Below are positions 12,386 through 24,270 of a stretch of DNA of 64,000 nucleotides, one piece after another; position 1 is the stretch's first letter; each line of letters starts with the position of its first letter. Under the pieces are notes generated by a model. The model saw nothing but the letters and a program-made list of their open reading frames with translations. It did no database searches and was not told the DNA's origin. Origin of the DNA: Psammoneis japonica (taxonomy: Eukaryota); NCBI GenBank assembly GCA_008632985.1, contig QPGO01000022.1, positions 310,001 to 374,000 on the forward strand. Reading direction: 5' to 3'. A program made the translations under genes and the position numbers.

Positions 12386-14452
12386 ATGAGGCGTTCGTCT
12401 GTTGCAGACATCGCAGCTGCTTGGTTGCTTTGTGTCGTCCGTAATTGCGAGGGGCTTTCATCGAATTACGACGGGTTGCGAAACGTCGCCTTCTCACGTG
12501 CTTTCCCTGTACGTTTAGATATGCATCTAAATAGTGAGGGGCGAGAGAGTGAGGCAGATAACAGTAACTTGAAGCAACCAGATGAGGAAGGGGGCATTGG
12601 TGTAGGTATCGACTTGGGCACTACTTACTCATGCGTAGCTATCCTAGAGAATGGGATTCCCAATATTTTATCAATACCAAGAAACGGCAGAACGATACCA
12701 TCCGTCGTCAGCTTCGAACAAGACACTAACCATGTTCTGGTAGGGAAGGATGCAATTGAAAATGAGGTTGAAAACCCAAAAGGAACTTACCGCAATGTCA
12801 AGCGGGTCATTGGAACTGGCGGGCAGACTACATTAGAGACAGCTCAGGTTGTTCCTAATTTGATGATACAGCAACTCTCTGACGGTGAAGAAAGGGGTGG
12901 GAAGAAGCGGAAAAAGAGAAAGAAGAAGCGCCTCAGTTTGTCAAAGCAAATCGAGGATGCGCAGACGAATCCAGCCAAGCTTTATTTACCCGGAGAGGAC
13001 GGAGTCGACGAGCGAGAAACTGTGGCACCTGAAGTCATATCTTCTCACATCTTGAAAGCTTTGTTCAATACAGTGGAAGAACAAACCGGAAAAAAGGTGA
13101 CACGAGCCGTCGTAGGAGTCCCAGCGTACTTTCACGATGCCCAGCGCGATGCCACGATTCGGGCATGTGAGCTCGCAGGCATTTCAAAAGTTAAGCTATT
13201 AAGAGAACCGGAGGCCGCGGCGTTGGCATACGGGATCGGAAAGGAACAGATTGGACAAGGAGATGACGATGAGCTTGTACTAGTTTTTGATTTGGGTGGA
13301 GGCACTTACGATGTCAGCGTCCTCAATGTTGGTGGTGGGATCACCGAAGTGATTGCAACAGGCGGAAATGCTAGGTTGGGTGGTTCAGACTTTGACGCAC
13401 GAATTGCCGGGCACTTTTGCCGAATTTTGAAGGACCATGGTGTATCGCAAAACTTCCTCTCTTTAGGAGGAGAGGTTTCTGATGCGGTCGTACGAGCAGC
13501 AGAGCAAGCGCGGATATTTCTAAGTAACAACCGCTTGGCTACGCTTGCGCTTCCACTGACACAAGAGGGCTGGACAACCATGTCGCATGCTTCCGACATT
13601 ATTGTTGACGCACGGCAAGAACTACCAGGTATTGAGGTGACAGACGAGGGGATATCGAATTCAACCCACGTAATTTGTCGGCTGAGTCGTAAAACCGTGG
13701 AGTTTTTGTGCAAGGAAGACTTTCAGGCCTTGCTACGCCCTCTTCGTGAAGTAGCCATTATGTCAGGAGCACTTTTACCTGGGGATGCCAGACCAGCCAT
13801 GGTGGAAGCCGCACTAGAGCTGGAGGAAGACATGGAACGGGCCATGCAGCGCGCTGGCGGCGGGTCTTCTTTCGATTTCAATGATTTCTACAATGACGAG
13901 AAGGCTGAACTTGCTGCAAGTGCAGCAGTGGCAGATCCGTCAGAACTAGAAGATATTGATCAGGGTACGTTGCTACAGTTGAGAGAATTTGACATGAAGG
14001 AGAAAAAGCGGCAGCAGCAGAAGGGACGAAAAAAGGCCAGGAATTTGGCGAAACAAGATAGAAGGTTTCGCGAAGAAAAGCGAAAGATCGATATCACCTC
14101 ATCAGCAGATGTCAAGGTACGAGATGGCATCAACGGAAGACCCATATCTCAAGTTGTACTTGTTGGTGGAGCCACCCGGATGCCGGCAATCGGACGACTC
14201 CTTGCTGCAATCACTGGTGTTGTGCCGCAGAAAACTGTTAATCCTAATGAGGCTGTGGCTCTTGGGTGCGCAGTCCAGGTCGGCGTCCTTGACGGAAACC
14301 AAGACTTGGGAGGGCTAATGGTTTTGACGCCAATGCAAGCTGCAATAATGAGGGCGGTCGCTGTGAAAGAGGGTCTTCATTTGAAGAAAGATGACGATGA
14401 CTTCGAGAAGGATTTCGATAAAGATTTTGATTTATTTGATAAGCAACAATGA
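12386..14452 (+). CDS. Hsp70/DnaK-like protein, nucleotide-binding domain only, with N-terminal targeting peptide
   Basis: Motifs GIDLGTTYS, VGVPAYF, LLREPEAAALAYG, VFDLGGGTYDVS, LGGSDFD, VLVGGATRMP and NPNEAVALG. The ORF ends shortly after the NBD. Confidence 0.85.
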   Translation: MRRSSVADIAAAWLLCVVRNCEGLSSNYDGLRNVAFSRAFPVRLDMHLNSEGRESEADNSNLKQPDEEGGIGVGIDLGTTYSCVAILENGIPNILSIPRNGRTIPSVVSFEQDTNHVLVGKDAIENEVENPKGTYRNVKRVIGTGGQTTLETAQVVPNLMIQQLSDGEERGGKKRKKRKKKRLSLSKQIEDAQTNPAKLYLPGEDGVDERETVAPEVISSHILKALFNTVEEQTGKKVTRAVVGVPAYFHDAQRDATIRACELAGISKVKLLREPEAAALAYGIGKEQIGQGDDDELVLVFDLGGGTYDVSVLNVGGGITEVIATGGNARLGGSDFDARIAGHFCRILKDHGVSQNFLSLGGEVSDAVVRAAEQARIFLSNNRLATLALPLTQEGWTTMSHASDIIVDARQELPGIEVTDEGISNSTHVICRLSRKTVEFLCKEDFQALLRPLREVAIMSGALLPGDARPAMVEAALELEEDMERAMQRAGGGSSFDFNDFYNDEKAELAASAAVADPSELEDIDQGTLLQLREFDMKEKKRQQQKGRKKARNLAKQDRRFREEKRKIDITSSADVKVRDGINGRPISQVVLVGGATRMPAIGRLLAAITGVVPQKTVNPNEAVALGCAVQVGVLDGNQDLGGLMVLTPMQAAIMRAVAVKEGLHLKKDDDDFEKDFDKDFDLFDKQQ

Positions 14453-14971
14453 GGGAGAAGGTTCGCTTTTAGTCGGCGCCTGCCGATGTCGATTGTGGAA
14501 GGAACGAACGAACGAACGTGTATTCATGCAGCTTGACAAAAATATGGCAGCCGCCGTGGCGTCGTCGAGGAACTACAACAAGCTAGAAAGCTCGCTCCCT
14601 CCGTGTTGTAATAATTAATGCGCAAATGGAACCACTTCGATCAATACGAAAACGCGACTTTTTGATTAGTGTTTGTTTCTCCGAGGGTGCTTAATCTAGA
14701 CTACAAGTTTTTCCTTTTTCTTGCTCAGCTTGTCGCGCCAGTTTTGCCAGTTGATTCCGGTACGGTAGAAGTAGTTTCATACGAGCTGTGATATCCGGTA
14801 GGAATAGCGCCAGCAGTTGGGATAATGGAGGCGCCCGGCGAGCTTCCCATCAGGCGCAGGGTCTATTTGCACTCATCGTTTCCCGATTTCTTCACGTACT
14901 TTTTCTTCCACCTTGTCCCCGAACTCAAGACATCCGAAAGGCACAACTTCGCCAGCCACATGCTCCCTCTC

Positions 14972-15078
14972 ATCTCTAGTAGCTAGCCTACTCTATAGTA
15001 GAGAGTGCCTTCTCTACTCTACTCTCTCTAGCTAGCTAGCTACTACTACTTTTAAGAGCTATCTTATCTCTCTACACT
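14972..15078. repeat. Intergenic low-complexity CTAG/CTACT patch
   Basis: ctctagtagctagccctactctatagtag...ctagctagctagctactactact. Confidence 0.65.
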
Positions 15079-15279
15079 TTAGGAGTATTTATCTATGGTA
15101 CAGTTCGCTTCATTCGATTCGATCCGCTGGTCTGGCCGGCGCCATATCCAAGCAACAGCCAACAACATGAGCGGCAGCTCACAGTACAGTGTGGGACCTG
15201 TACACAACAACATGATGTTGAATGTATCGTTTGCGTCAAGCCTCATCAATCGTACCACTGTACACAACACATAAGAGAA

Positions 15280-16574
15280 ATGAAAATGGCCACATTAGAC
15301 AAGTCGAAAATATCCGCAAGCCTCAAAGGACTGCTTGTCGGCGACGCCATCGCAGTCAGCACCCACTGGTTCTATTCTCCAACCAACTTGCGAGCTGACT
15401 ATGGTGAAGTGCAGGGGATGACAGCCCCTAAGTCGACGCACGCCGAATCTATGGTACAAGGAATGAGCTACAAGGGGACTATTGATATAATGCATGATAA
15501 AGCTCGTTTCTATGAAGGAAATACGCTTGCTGATAACGTGAGAAAGATTCGACCATCAGAAGAGGAAGCACTTCGTGATGGACACGGCAATTTCATAGGA
15601 ACGACAGAAGATGAAAGAGTACATTATCACCAATCATTGCTCCAAGGGCAAAACACAGCGAATGCTTGTATTGCCCGGCTTCTAATGAGGTATCTCGGAG
15701 AGAAGAACGCGAACAAGCAAGATTGCTACGACCCTGACGAATTCCTTGAGCGATTTGCGCAGTACATGACCACCAAGCCAGTCCCAAGTGACACAGACCA
15801 GGTGCTGAATCACAATGATACGTATCTAGACGTGTACGTGCGGCAATTCTTTTTCAATGCATCAACAGGTTTACCCTACCGACATTGTGCCGCCTCGCAA
15901 CGAGATACATGGAGTATTGGCTCGCTTGACGGTGTCGTTATGTGTATGCCAATAATCGCGGCGTATGCTGATGAGCCACAGGCTTGGGTCATTGGTCGTG
16001 CAGTTGAGCACCAGATGTTGACGCACCGTTCTGTAACAGTGACAGGCGTCATTTCTGTTTTGGTGCCGCTTCTCCTTGAACTGTACCGCGGCGGTGATTT
16101 GCGAGAATCTCTCGACCGAGCGATGGAAAAAATGAGACCCCCCAGTGCACGGGTCGGGAAATGAGAGACAGCTATGTTAGTCATCGTGGCCCTGGAAATA
16201 TCGAAAAGCACGAGAAGTGGCTTCAACACATAACGGTGACGGATGAATCCACGAAGGATCTAGTTCACCGCCTGCTCTCGGCTGAAAATGACGAAGATGT
16301 TGCTGGGTGGGGTGATCGTGATAATTCCCGCCTGTCTACTGCGTGTTATTGCGAACAAGGCTTTCCAGTTGTCTTGTTCTTGGCTTACAAATATGGGGCT
16401 GACCCTAGGAAGGCTTTACTGCAAAATGTGATGCTTGGAGGACACTCGACCGCTCGAGGTGCAATATTGGGCGCGATTTTAGGCGCTGCCCACGGCGACA
16501 CTCCATTTGTCGAGGATCTTTGCGCCAAGCATGCAATTTCTAAGGAAGTTGAAAATCTTGTTCGAACCATATGA
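15280..16574 (+). CDS. ADP-ribosylglycohydrolase (ARH/DraG-type) with apparent 1-nt frameshift near 16144
   Basis: N-terminal LKGLLVGDAIA..HWFY and C-terminal NVMLGGHSTARGAILGAILGA. One added A gives a continuous RPPKCTGREMRDSY. Confidence 0.75.
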
Positions 16575-17209
16575 GCAGCGGCATCTATTTTGCCAGGTAG
16601 GTCGTTACTTCAAACGAGATTAAACGTTTGTACTCTACCCAAGGAATCACTTGTGAAGCATGTTTGTCTCGTTGTAGTTCGCTTTTTATATCTACCCATT
16701 CTACCCGGAACGCCAATGGTGCTCTCCCTTCGTCATTGCAGTAGGGCCGAACTGATCTCTATTATACTCCAAAGTAGAGGCTGTTCAGTAGGTAGTGCAG
16801 TGCAGTGTACCGGTAATAGTCCTTTTAGTTGCTTGCCTCCGCGAATCATCAATCATCATCGGGAAGCATGACGATCGAATTTCCCGCCAAATTTACAAAA
16901 GTTACTATCACTTTTTGTGTGCTTTTGCTTTTGCACAAAGCAGTACTGTACATACATACAGTAATTGTCGTCCAGTAGTCCATGTAGATTTTGAAATGTT
17001 GCCGCGTGTAAATCTTTTGAAAAGATATACGGATACGTATCATCTAGCTAGAGACACGATCAACCCACTCAACGCATCTTCTTTTTGCGTTGAGAGTTAC
17101 CGGGCGGTACACTACGCCACGACTCCAGAACATTCATCAAAGGCCTCTTGCCTCTTGCCTTCTCGTTCGCGACTCTCAATTTATTGAACCTGACCTTCCA
17201 TTTCTGACC

Positions 17210-17959
17210 ATGCTCTTTCACCGCCTTTCTCCTGTGGCACTTGCTGCACTCGCTGTCTTTCCGTCAGGATCGGCCTACTCCATTCGTGGAAGCGAAGAGC
17301 CGTCCGTGTTTACCACGAAAAACGAGTTCACGTGTAGTCTCTCCGCCTTTGATGAAGGAACCTGCAAGTCCACTTCAGACGATGATGGCGACGCCTGTGT
17401 CTGGTGTGCCTACCAGACTTTTGGCTTCTGCGTTTCGCCGGACCAATCCGCAGCGATTGAAGAAGCCGTGCCTCAGATCTCTTGCGGTGACGAAGATGAT
17501 GCCTCGCCAGAGACGGCGGAGCACAAGGCGCGGTCGAAAATCCCAGACAGCTTCTGGGAGTGTCTCGCAAACACTGACGAGGACACGTGCCTTGGTGCGG
17601 ATGACAGCTCCTGTACGTGGTGCAATACCAGAGTCGGGTTTGGACTGTGTGTCTCGTCTGAAGCCGCGGCAATGGCGGACGGCCAAACGTGGGTGGACTG
17701 TGATGGCGGACAAGAAGATTCGAAGGAGGATGTCAGCGATCCATATGACACTACCTGCATTCTCGCAGGAATAAATAGCGATGATGCCCAGTCCGCTTGC
17801 GCCGAAACTAATGATGCAGACGGAGACGCTTGCGTATGGTGTGACGTTGCCTCAGGAGTCTACGGGATTTGCCTCGCACCAGACCAGGCAGACGCTGTCA
17901 GCCAGTTCATTTCCTGCGACTCTAAAGCGGTTGTCGATGACATGGTTGCCCAGTATTAG
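17210..17959 (+). CDS. Secreted acidic Cys-rich protein with three CxWC-containing repeats
   Basis: Signal peptide, then repeats ACVWC...FGFC, SCTWC...FGLC and ACVWC...YGIC. Confidence 0.75.
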   Translation: MLFHRLSPVALAALAVFPSGSAYSIRGSEEPSVFTTKNEFTCSLSAFDEGTCKSTSDDDGDACVWCAYQTFGFCVSPDQSAAIEEAVPQISCGDEDDASPETAEHKARSKIPDSFWECLANTDEDTCLGADDSSCTWCNTRVGFGLCVSSEAAAMADGQTWVDCDGGQEDSKEDVSDPYDTTCILAGINSDDAQSACAETNDADGDACVWCDVASGVYGICLAPDQADAVSQFISCDSKAVVDDMVAQY

Positions 17960-18189
17960 GCAACTTGATGACAGTCCGATAGCTCTGAATACACATTGTA
18001 ATGGCAAATTGAGGAAATAGCAATTCCGAATGTCTACATCATGTTTCACTTTTTCTTCTCGTGTCAAACTTAACTGGTTACGAACGATAATTCTTTTTCA
18101 ATAGCTTAGCTAGAGACACATCGGTATAGTAGCCAATTCCTTGAACCCCGTCTTTAAATACCATTCCCTTGCGAGGTCCAGCGTAAGAC

Positions 18190-20097
18190 TCATTCATCCG
18201 CCTTAGATTCTGGAACAGACCAGAGTGGGTGCTTTCCGGAGACAAGTTTACCACGCTGACCAATGCCGGGTACTGCAAACTTCACGCCCGAAGGACCCAT
18301 CACCGTGCTGTCGCCCTCCACCGGACCTTTTGCTACTGGATGTGGGTGATCAGGTCCTCGATCTTCCACGCGTCGAAGACGGTCTGGTAGTTCCTCTACC
18401 GTATCGGTTCCGTAGTATTCTTCATTGTCAGCACCTAAACGTTCAGCGTGTGCCTGATAATTCTCCGTCTTTATGTCGTTCAATCCAAGAGTTTCGTTTT
18501 GCTCGAAATCGCGTTCGTATTCCTCGATGAGCATCCGGCTGTCGATGTATTTGTTGTAGCAATCTTTGTTTCCATCCTTTTCAGCTTGCAATGACAAAGC
18601 CACCGCATCCTTGGGAATCGGGCCAACAAAAGAGTTTCCAAGTGGGTCACTGATAACCAAAGTAAAAGGAAGACATTTACCGCAGGCCATGTCTTTTACT
18701 TTTCTCAAGAAATCATAGTATCTAAGGTGGTTTTCACTTGGCTCGGAGAATTCCTCTCCATCGTTGGTCAAATGTTGCTTTGTTGCCGCATCGCCTGCCC
18801 CAAACGGATTTGCCATTTGGAGGCGGTCATGGATCTTTCTCAATAGGCCTTCCACAGTTGTATATACGCCGTCCAATCCACCTTCAGCGAGCTCCATCTC
18901 AATTTCTGGGCAACAAACACCTGCAGTATCACTCTTGAGAACCTCCCTCGATAAATCATCAGAATTGACTACACGAAGTGTGATTCTCGATCCATATTTT
19001 GGTATTGCACCTCCGCCTTTGATATCACTGCTCTTATATCCACATTCTTCGCATACTAGACTCATGATTATAACCTCCTTGAAGTGAGGAATGTTGGTAA
19101 TGCACATATCCGTCTCGGCGGGCTTTCCACAATTCGGACAATGAGTTGCAAATTTCATCACCTCCTGCATAGTGAACGATTCGACGCCATTATCAGATGA
19201 TGCCGAGTCGATCTCAATAGCGTGAGTGCCCCCAGCAACATTAACGACATTCTTATGCGCTGGATTAGCGTCATCAATTGTACCTTTCCCAATAGCTGCC
19301 TCAGAAGGCTGCAGTCCCAATGACATATCTTGAGTCGCAGTGCGATAATACTTCGTACTCGTCAAGTTGGGATCTATAGAGGGCGCAAAAGGATTCTCGA
19401 TATAGGAGTTGCCAGCGGTATCATCCAAGACGACATGAAACGGAAAACGATCTCCTCCTTCCTCGTCTTCGTCAGGATCATCGCCAGCGTATGTCCTCAA
19501 CTTCCTGATAACGATACGACACCGATGAAAGTTGTCAACATCACCCAATTTCAACCGCTCTGGTTGCTGCATATCAAGATTATCAGCGGCCCGCCGTAAT
19601 ATTCCCTCCAAAGTTGAAATAGATCCGCGTTGCGTTCCCGGGGGGATTTCTAGCTCCAGCTCTGGGATCACAACAGAACAAGAATCTGATTTAATAATTT
19701 GCCGGTTAAGATCTTCCGGAGTTTCTACTTTCAATGCCATCTTTTCGCCTCGTTCCTGAATTTCTCCACCAAATGTCACTTCCGAATTGCGAAAGTTACA
19801 ATCCTACGCAATACCGCACGTCCGCGGCCATAGAGGAAAAGACACCATTTATTTCCATTCAATGAGAAATGACATCACGGCACAAGCAACTCTTTCTTGA
19901 GTATTGGAATACAATAACTGACGTACAGGACATGATAAGGAGACGATTATAATCTCACGAAAAAGAGGAATCGTTGTCGGCAACAACACAGACTTTGCCT
20001 TGCCGCCTCCACAATTGGGACAAAAACAATCACGAATTTCAGAAATATCCTCTTCCTGAGCCTGCTTCCATGATTCACCTTGCGGTAGTGCAGTCAT
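18190..20097 (-). CDS. ZPR1: Zinc finger protein ZPR1
   Basis: Two C4 fingers (CPNC...CPDC and CPNC...CEEC), IPHFKEVIIMS, LNRQIIKSD and TTVEGLL. Intron 19804-19926 (GTACGT...TAG) joins SLSCP to DCNFRNSEV. Confidence 0.92.
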
Positions 20098-20292
20098 GTC
20101 GATCTATCAAGGTGCACATTTAGAACTCGTTCTCGCCTTGCTTGGTGAGACTGTGGAACCTCATCGTAACAATAAATCGCACCTTGCTTGCGACTTCCGC
20201 CGACGCGCGTGCATGCGACGCATGGTGCGTGCGCGGGGCGGCGGGGGTCATCATCGTCTTCATGGCACCGTGCACAGATCTCCCAAGCTGAG

Positions 20293-20873
20293 AGCGGTTG
20301 CCACCGCTTTGCTCATGCGTGCTTCGTATCGGGGATGGACGAGCGCGCTCCTGGAGTGAAACGGTGGGTTCAAACCACTGGTCGCGCGCTCTCTTCTAAA
20401 GTGATGTAAATCTCATGGAATGCATTGTGCACTTGGAGTGGAGATGGCTTTGCTGGCGCTGTGAAAGGTTTTCTCCCTGCCCAAAGCTGGACGGCAGGGC
20501 CAGAGGGCGGGAGAGGTGGGAGCGATTGAACTGCGCTGACGACAGTGGCTTGTCTTTGTCGATCTTGAAAGAATGAGAACAACCAACCCTTGCAGCACGT
20601 TCAACGTGCATGCGTGGTTCAATGGGTGATGGGTCTTCTCCCCGATTCTGGCGCTGGATGAGGACAGCGGTTGCCACCGCTTTGCTCATGCGTGCTTCGC
20701 ATCGGGGATGGACGAGCGCGCTCCTGGAGTGAAATGGTGGGCTCAAACCACTGGTCGCGCGCTCTCTTCTAAAGTGATGTAAATCTCATGGAATGCATTG
20801 TGCACTTGGAGTGGAGATGGCTTTGCCAGTGCTGTGGAAGGTTTTCTCCCTGCCCAAAGCTGGACGGCAGGGC
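20293..20873 (-). repeat. Element 1 3' split repeat block B1-A2-B2
   Basis: 20293-20500 matches 20666-20873 (208 bp, a few transitions). 20522-20667 matches 26592-26761. Confidence 0.92.
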
Positions 20874-20972
20874 TTCCAGCGCCACCCACTGATGTGCAGG
20901 CGGTGCAGCAGCCAGCCAAACATGTCTTGGGATTGGGCGGGTGGGCCCATCTGGAGGGCTGGTGGAGCACTG

Positions 20973-22136
20973 TCACGGGGCGATGGGTGCTTCAGCATTC
21001 GGGTGAAGCACGAAATCGCCCCCAGCGAGCATGGCTTGCGCAAATCCGCGCATGGTGGGCTCGGCTTGGAGGTGCAGATAGCGCAGCATCTCGTCAGAGC
21101 ACCAACGGCCTAAGAGACGGATTGGGTCGGTGTCGACATGGGCACACAGCAGTGCCATTGCTCCTGCTGCACGAAGGCAGCGGGATGAGACATCGGCTGG
21201 TGTGAAGCCCAGGTTCTCGGGACCTGGGGCAACAATGGCAGTGCGGAGTGCCGACGTTGTGTCGGCAGGGGAGATGGCGTGCCACCTGTCGTTTTCAAAA
21301 CACACCCCCAGGGGGGTGTCGGGTTGCGCTCCACAGGTGCGCAAGTGGATGACTCGGCGGACGAGGGCCCTGGTTGGGCAAAGGTCTGGGTGGCCTGACA
21401 GGCCGTGCGCAATGACTTCGCCGCGAACTCCACTTTTCTGGGCAGCAAAAGTGAGGGAGCTGAGGGTGGTGGCGAAGAGGGCAGGGGCCGCGGTGGTGAA
21501 GAGGTTCAGATGTGCTCCGCCCGAGGTTGAACGAAGGTCTGCCAGGCGAAACGGAGTGGTGTCGGATGGCGTGGCTGTGTGTTCACCCGGGCGAAGCAAA
21601 AAGAAAAAGGCGATTGCGATCACATCCGCAATGGCCTTGGTGCCGGCACTGTTGCTGAGGGCGGCGGCATGCAAGATCCAGAGGAGGACACTGACGGGGA
21701 CTGGTTTAACACGATCGGGCGGCGGATCCTGTTTCTTGCAAAAACGGATTTGGCAGGCAAGACGGAAATCCAAGTCGCCCTGGGGTGTGAGACGTGGGTC
21801 CGCGGACCCCATTGCAGCGAACGTCTGCCCAACCGACCGCAAGGCATCCTCAGCGGTGCGCGCCCAGATGGGATTGCCTCTTGGTGCGATGACACCGGCG
21901 CGGAATCGATGGAGGAACACTTGGAGGAAGAGGATGGGATCGTTGGTGTCTTCGAGAAATAGACTGATGGCCAGTTGGCGGCAAAAGTCGATCCAAAGGT
22001 TCCAGTGGGCATCGGCGGCGGAGGCTCGGGAAGTGGCAACGCCGCGCTGCACTGCTTCCTGCGCAGCGCCGAGATCACGTAAGAATGCAGTTCGGGTGGT
22101 GGGGTCCACAGACGCCAAGACTTGCTCTGTGGGCAA
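20973..22136 (-). CDS. Tyrosine recombinase of element 1 (frame open)
   Basis: FFFLLRPGEH (R), QKSG (K), SRCLRAAGA and LLGRWCSDEMLRYL (catalytic Y retained). Confidence 0.88.
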   Translation of the reverse strand: MPTEQVLASVDPTTRTAFLRDLGAAQEAVQRGVATSRASAADAHWNLWIDFCRQLAISLFLEDTNDPILFLQVFLHRFRAGVIAPRGNPIWARTAEDALRSVGQTFAAMGSADPRLTPQGDLDFRLACQIRFCKKQDPPPDRVKPVPVSVLLWILHAAALSNSAGTKAIADVIAIAFFFLLRPGEHTATPSDTTPFRLADLRSTSGGAHLNLFTTAAPALFATTLSSLTFAAQKSGVRGEVIAHGLSGHPDLCPTRALVRRVIHLRTCGAQPDTPLGVCFENDRWHAISPADTTSALRTAIVAPGPENLGFTPADVSSRCLRAAGAMALLCAHVDTDPIRLLGRWCSDEMLRYLHLQAEPTMRGFAQAMLAGGDFVLHPNAEAPIAP

Positions 22137-24270
22137 GTGGAGTTCAAATGCAAAAGGAACGCGACGTTGGACAAGTGTTGCAAGCGCGAAGCGTCGTCAC
22201 CCGCTCGGTTCCAACTGCCCGGGTGGCAATCGTGGAGGCCCACGTAACGGTGTTGGCGTTGATGGTGCGCTTGAAGCCGGAGGAGCTTTGAAGCCGGTTT
22301 GACTGTGGTGGCGATCCCTTGTGTTGCCAGCACATGGCACCAAGGTTGTCGGTGCGGTTGAGGTTGGTGCGCTCGCGGATGTCGTGCGTGTCGGCGGCTG
22401 CGCAGGTGTGGACGATGCTGCCGACCAGTTCGAGGTCGGTGTTGGCAATGGGTCGTGTGGATTCTCATGCATGGCAAGCGAGTCGGAGACATCCTTGGGA
22501 AATCGCAGGCGCCACGCAATGGGGCCTGCGTCACGTTGGATGCGACGTCGGCCAGAGGAACAGCGCAGCTTGGCGGCTCGTGGGACTGCGGTGGGTGTTG
22601 GTGCGATCACCCTGCCGGCCCCGTGGCCGGCAGCGTGTGACAGCCATGAACAGTTGGAGGCAGTGGTGCGAGCTCTTGGATGCGGACGGGACGTGAGTCC
22701 AGAGTCTGGCACAGATCACGGAAATCATCCAGCATGGAATGCACGTTGGCCGCAAGTCGGGTGCGTGAGTCCGGTGCAGTGTGGCAGAGGGCTTCCTGCA
22801 ATTCGGAGAACAGGCCTCGAGAGCCGGGCATGGCTGCCGCGAGTGAACGCAGTTCTCCCAGGAGTTTCTGACAATCCTGAATGGCAACGCGTTTGCGTGA
22901 GCGGGGGAAATCCTTGTAGAGTGTGTCGTGCAGTCGTGCACGCCGGCAAGGAGCAAGTCAAAGTGTCATTGACAGGGTGTCAATTAACCAGCCTAACACT
23001 TCTTTCTGTGTAGACCATGTGGCGTCACCCTTGCGGAGCTTTTTGACTGATGCGGGTTCTTTGCGGGCGGCAACGTCGTTGGAGTCCATGGGGCGGAAAA
23101 CATCGTCGATGGCGTGCAGCAACACGCGATGTATGTTTCTCCGAGCTGCGGCGGACCCCTGCGCGGCGCCGATGAAGTCATCGACGTACATGTCAATGTA
23201 AGCAAGGCGCCGGCGGCGGCTTGGGTTGAGGTGTGGGTCTGGCGACGTTGGAATCGGCACGGCAATTGTTGCCGGTGGTGGAGTTGGCTGGGGTGCATGG
23301 GTTGGCACCCGACTGGATGCCAATTGCTCCAATGGGTGTGGTGGTGCCGTCGCGGCGCGCACTGGCTGTAAGTCAGCTGGGTCTGCTGCCGTCTCGGTGG
23401 CGGCGCTGAAACACGGTGGCGAATTGGCCCATCCCACAGGTGGCCGTGTGGGCATGGCCACCAATGGGGGTTCTCCCGGCAGGTGTGGGAAAACCACCCC
23501 GAGTCGTTGGGCGTCATCGGGGTTAAGGTGCATCCAACAGAAGCCGTCAGCGAGGTCGACTTTCACAAGGTAAACCCGGCCGTGCGATGGATTTGCCAGC
23601 AAGATGCGGTGCAGCAAACGGTCCAAGGTGCGTCCGAACTGCATGGCCTCCATTGGGGTGTTGGGCTGAGTCGCGTCGTTGGTGCCATAGAAAGTGTAGT
23701 CAACGATCGGTCGTGGTCGCCGACCGCACTGGGGCACCACGCCGATGGGGCTCAGACGCAATCCTGGGGTGTCCTTTATTTCCTCATGTGGGAGGACCAC
23801 CCAGAAACCCTTGTCAACGTAGTCAGCCATGTCCTCCCGCAGGAACTCGACATGCTCGTAAGCGGACTTGTGTGGCCCCCTGGCTAAACTTGCTTCAAGC
23901 TCTTGAGGTGTCCAAGGTGCGTCTGCGAGGGTCATGGGGACGCCGCGGCATTTGCAGCTTTGCAGCAGCCTGTGGGCTGGGTGCTTTCGTGTGCGGCGCA
24001 ATGGACCCCAGTCCCCTCTGCCGCTGCGGCGACGCAACAAGTAGCTTGGTCCTCTAAGGTGCAGCAATTTTGTGTCACGTGACATTTGCTCACCCAGTTT
24101 GTCAGTCTGTACAGCGTTTGCAATGGCCTGCGTACGCGAAGTGCTGCGGTCATTGCTGTCTGAGAATCTCTCCGCCTGCGGGGGTGGCGGCACTGCCAAT
24201 GATGCTGATGGCAGCTGAAAAGGCTCTCGGCCCAGAGTCCCCGAACTCGGGCCGTTGCGAAGACCCATTC
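22050..24270 (-). pseudogene. Reverse transcriptase/RNase H of element 1, frameshifted
   Basis: LSPIGVVPQ, RPIVDYTF, KVDLADGF, GWANSP, YVDDF and KEVLGW. A frameshift near 22960 precedes the RNase H part. Left end approximate. Confidence 0.85.

Noticed and set aside
20293..20873. Repeat-spacer-repeat resembling a CRISPR array or simple tandem duplication
   Set aside because: Only two 208-bp units, and the spacer recurs at 26592-26761, so this is a split direct repeat. No cas genes.
20973..22136. Prophage/integron integrase or bacterial contamination
   Set aside because: The YR is coupled to RT/RNase H and gag within split repeats, and the flanks are intron-containing eukaryotic genes.
21130..23013. 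Long plus-strand ORFs antisense to element 1 YR/RH (390 aa, 230 aa)
   Set aside because: Shadow frames of GC-rich, TA-depleted sequence with no motifs.
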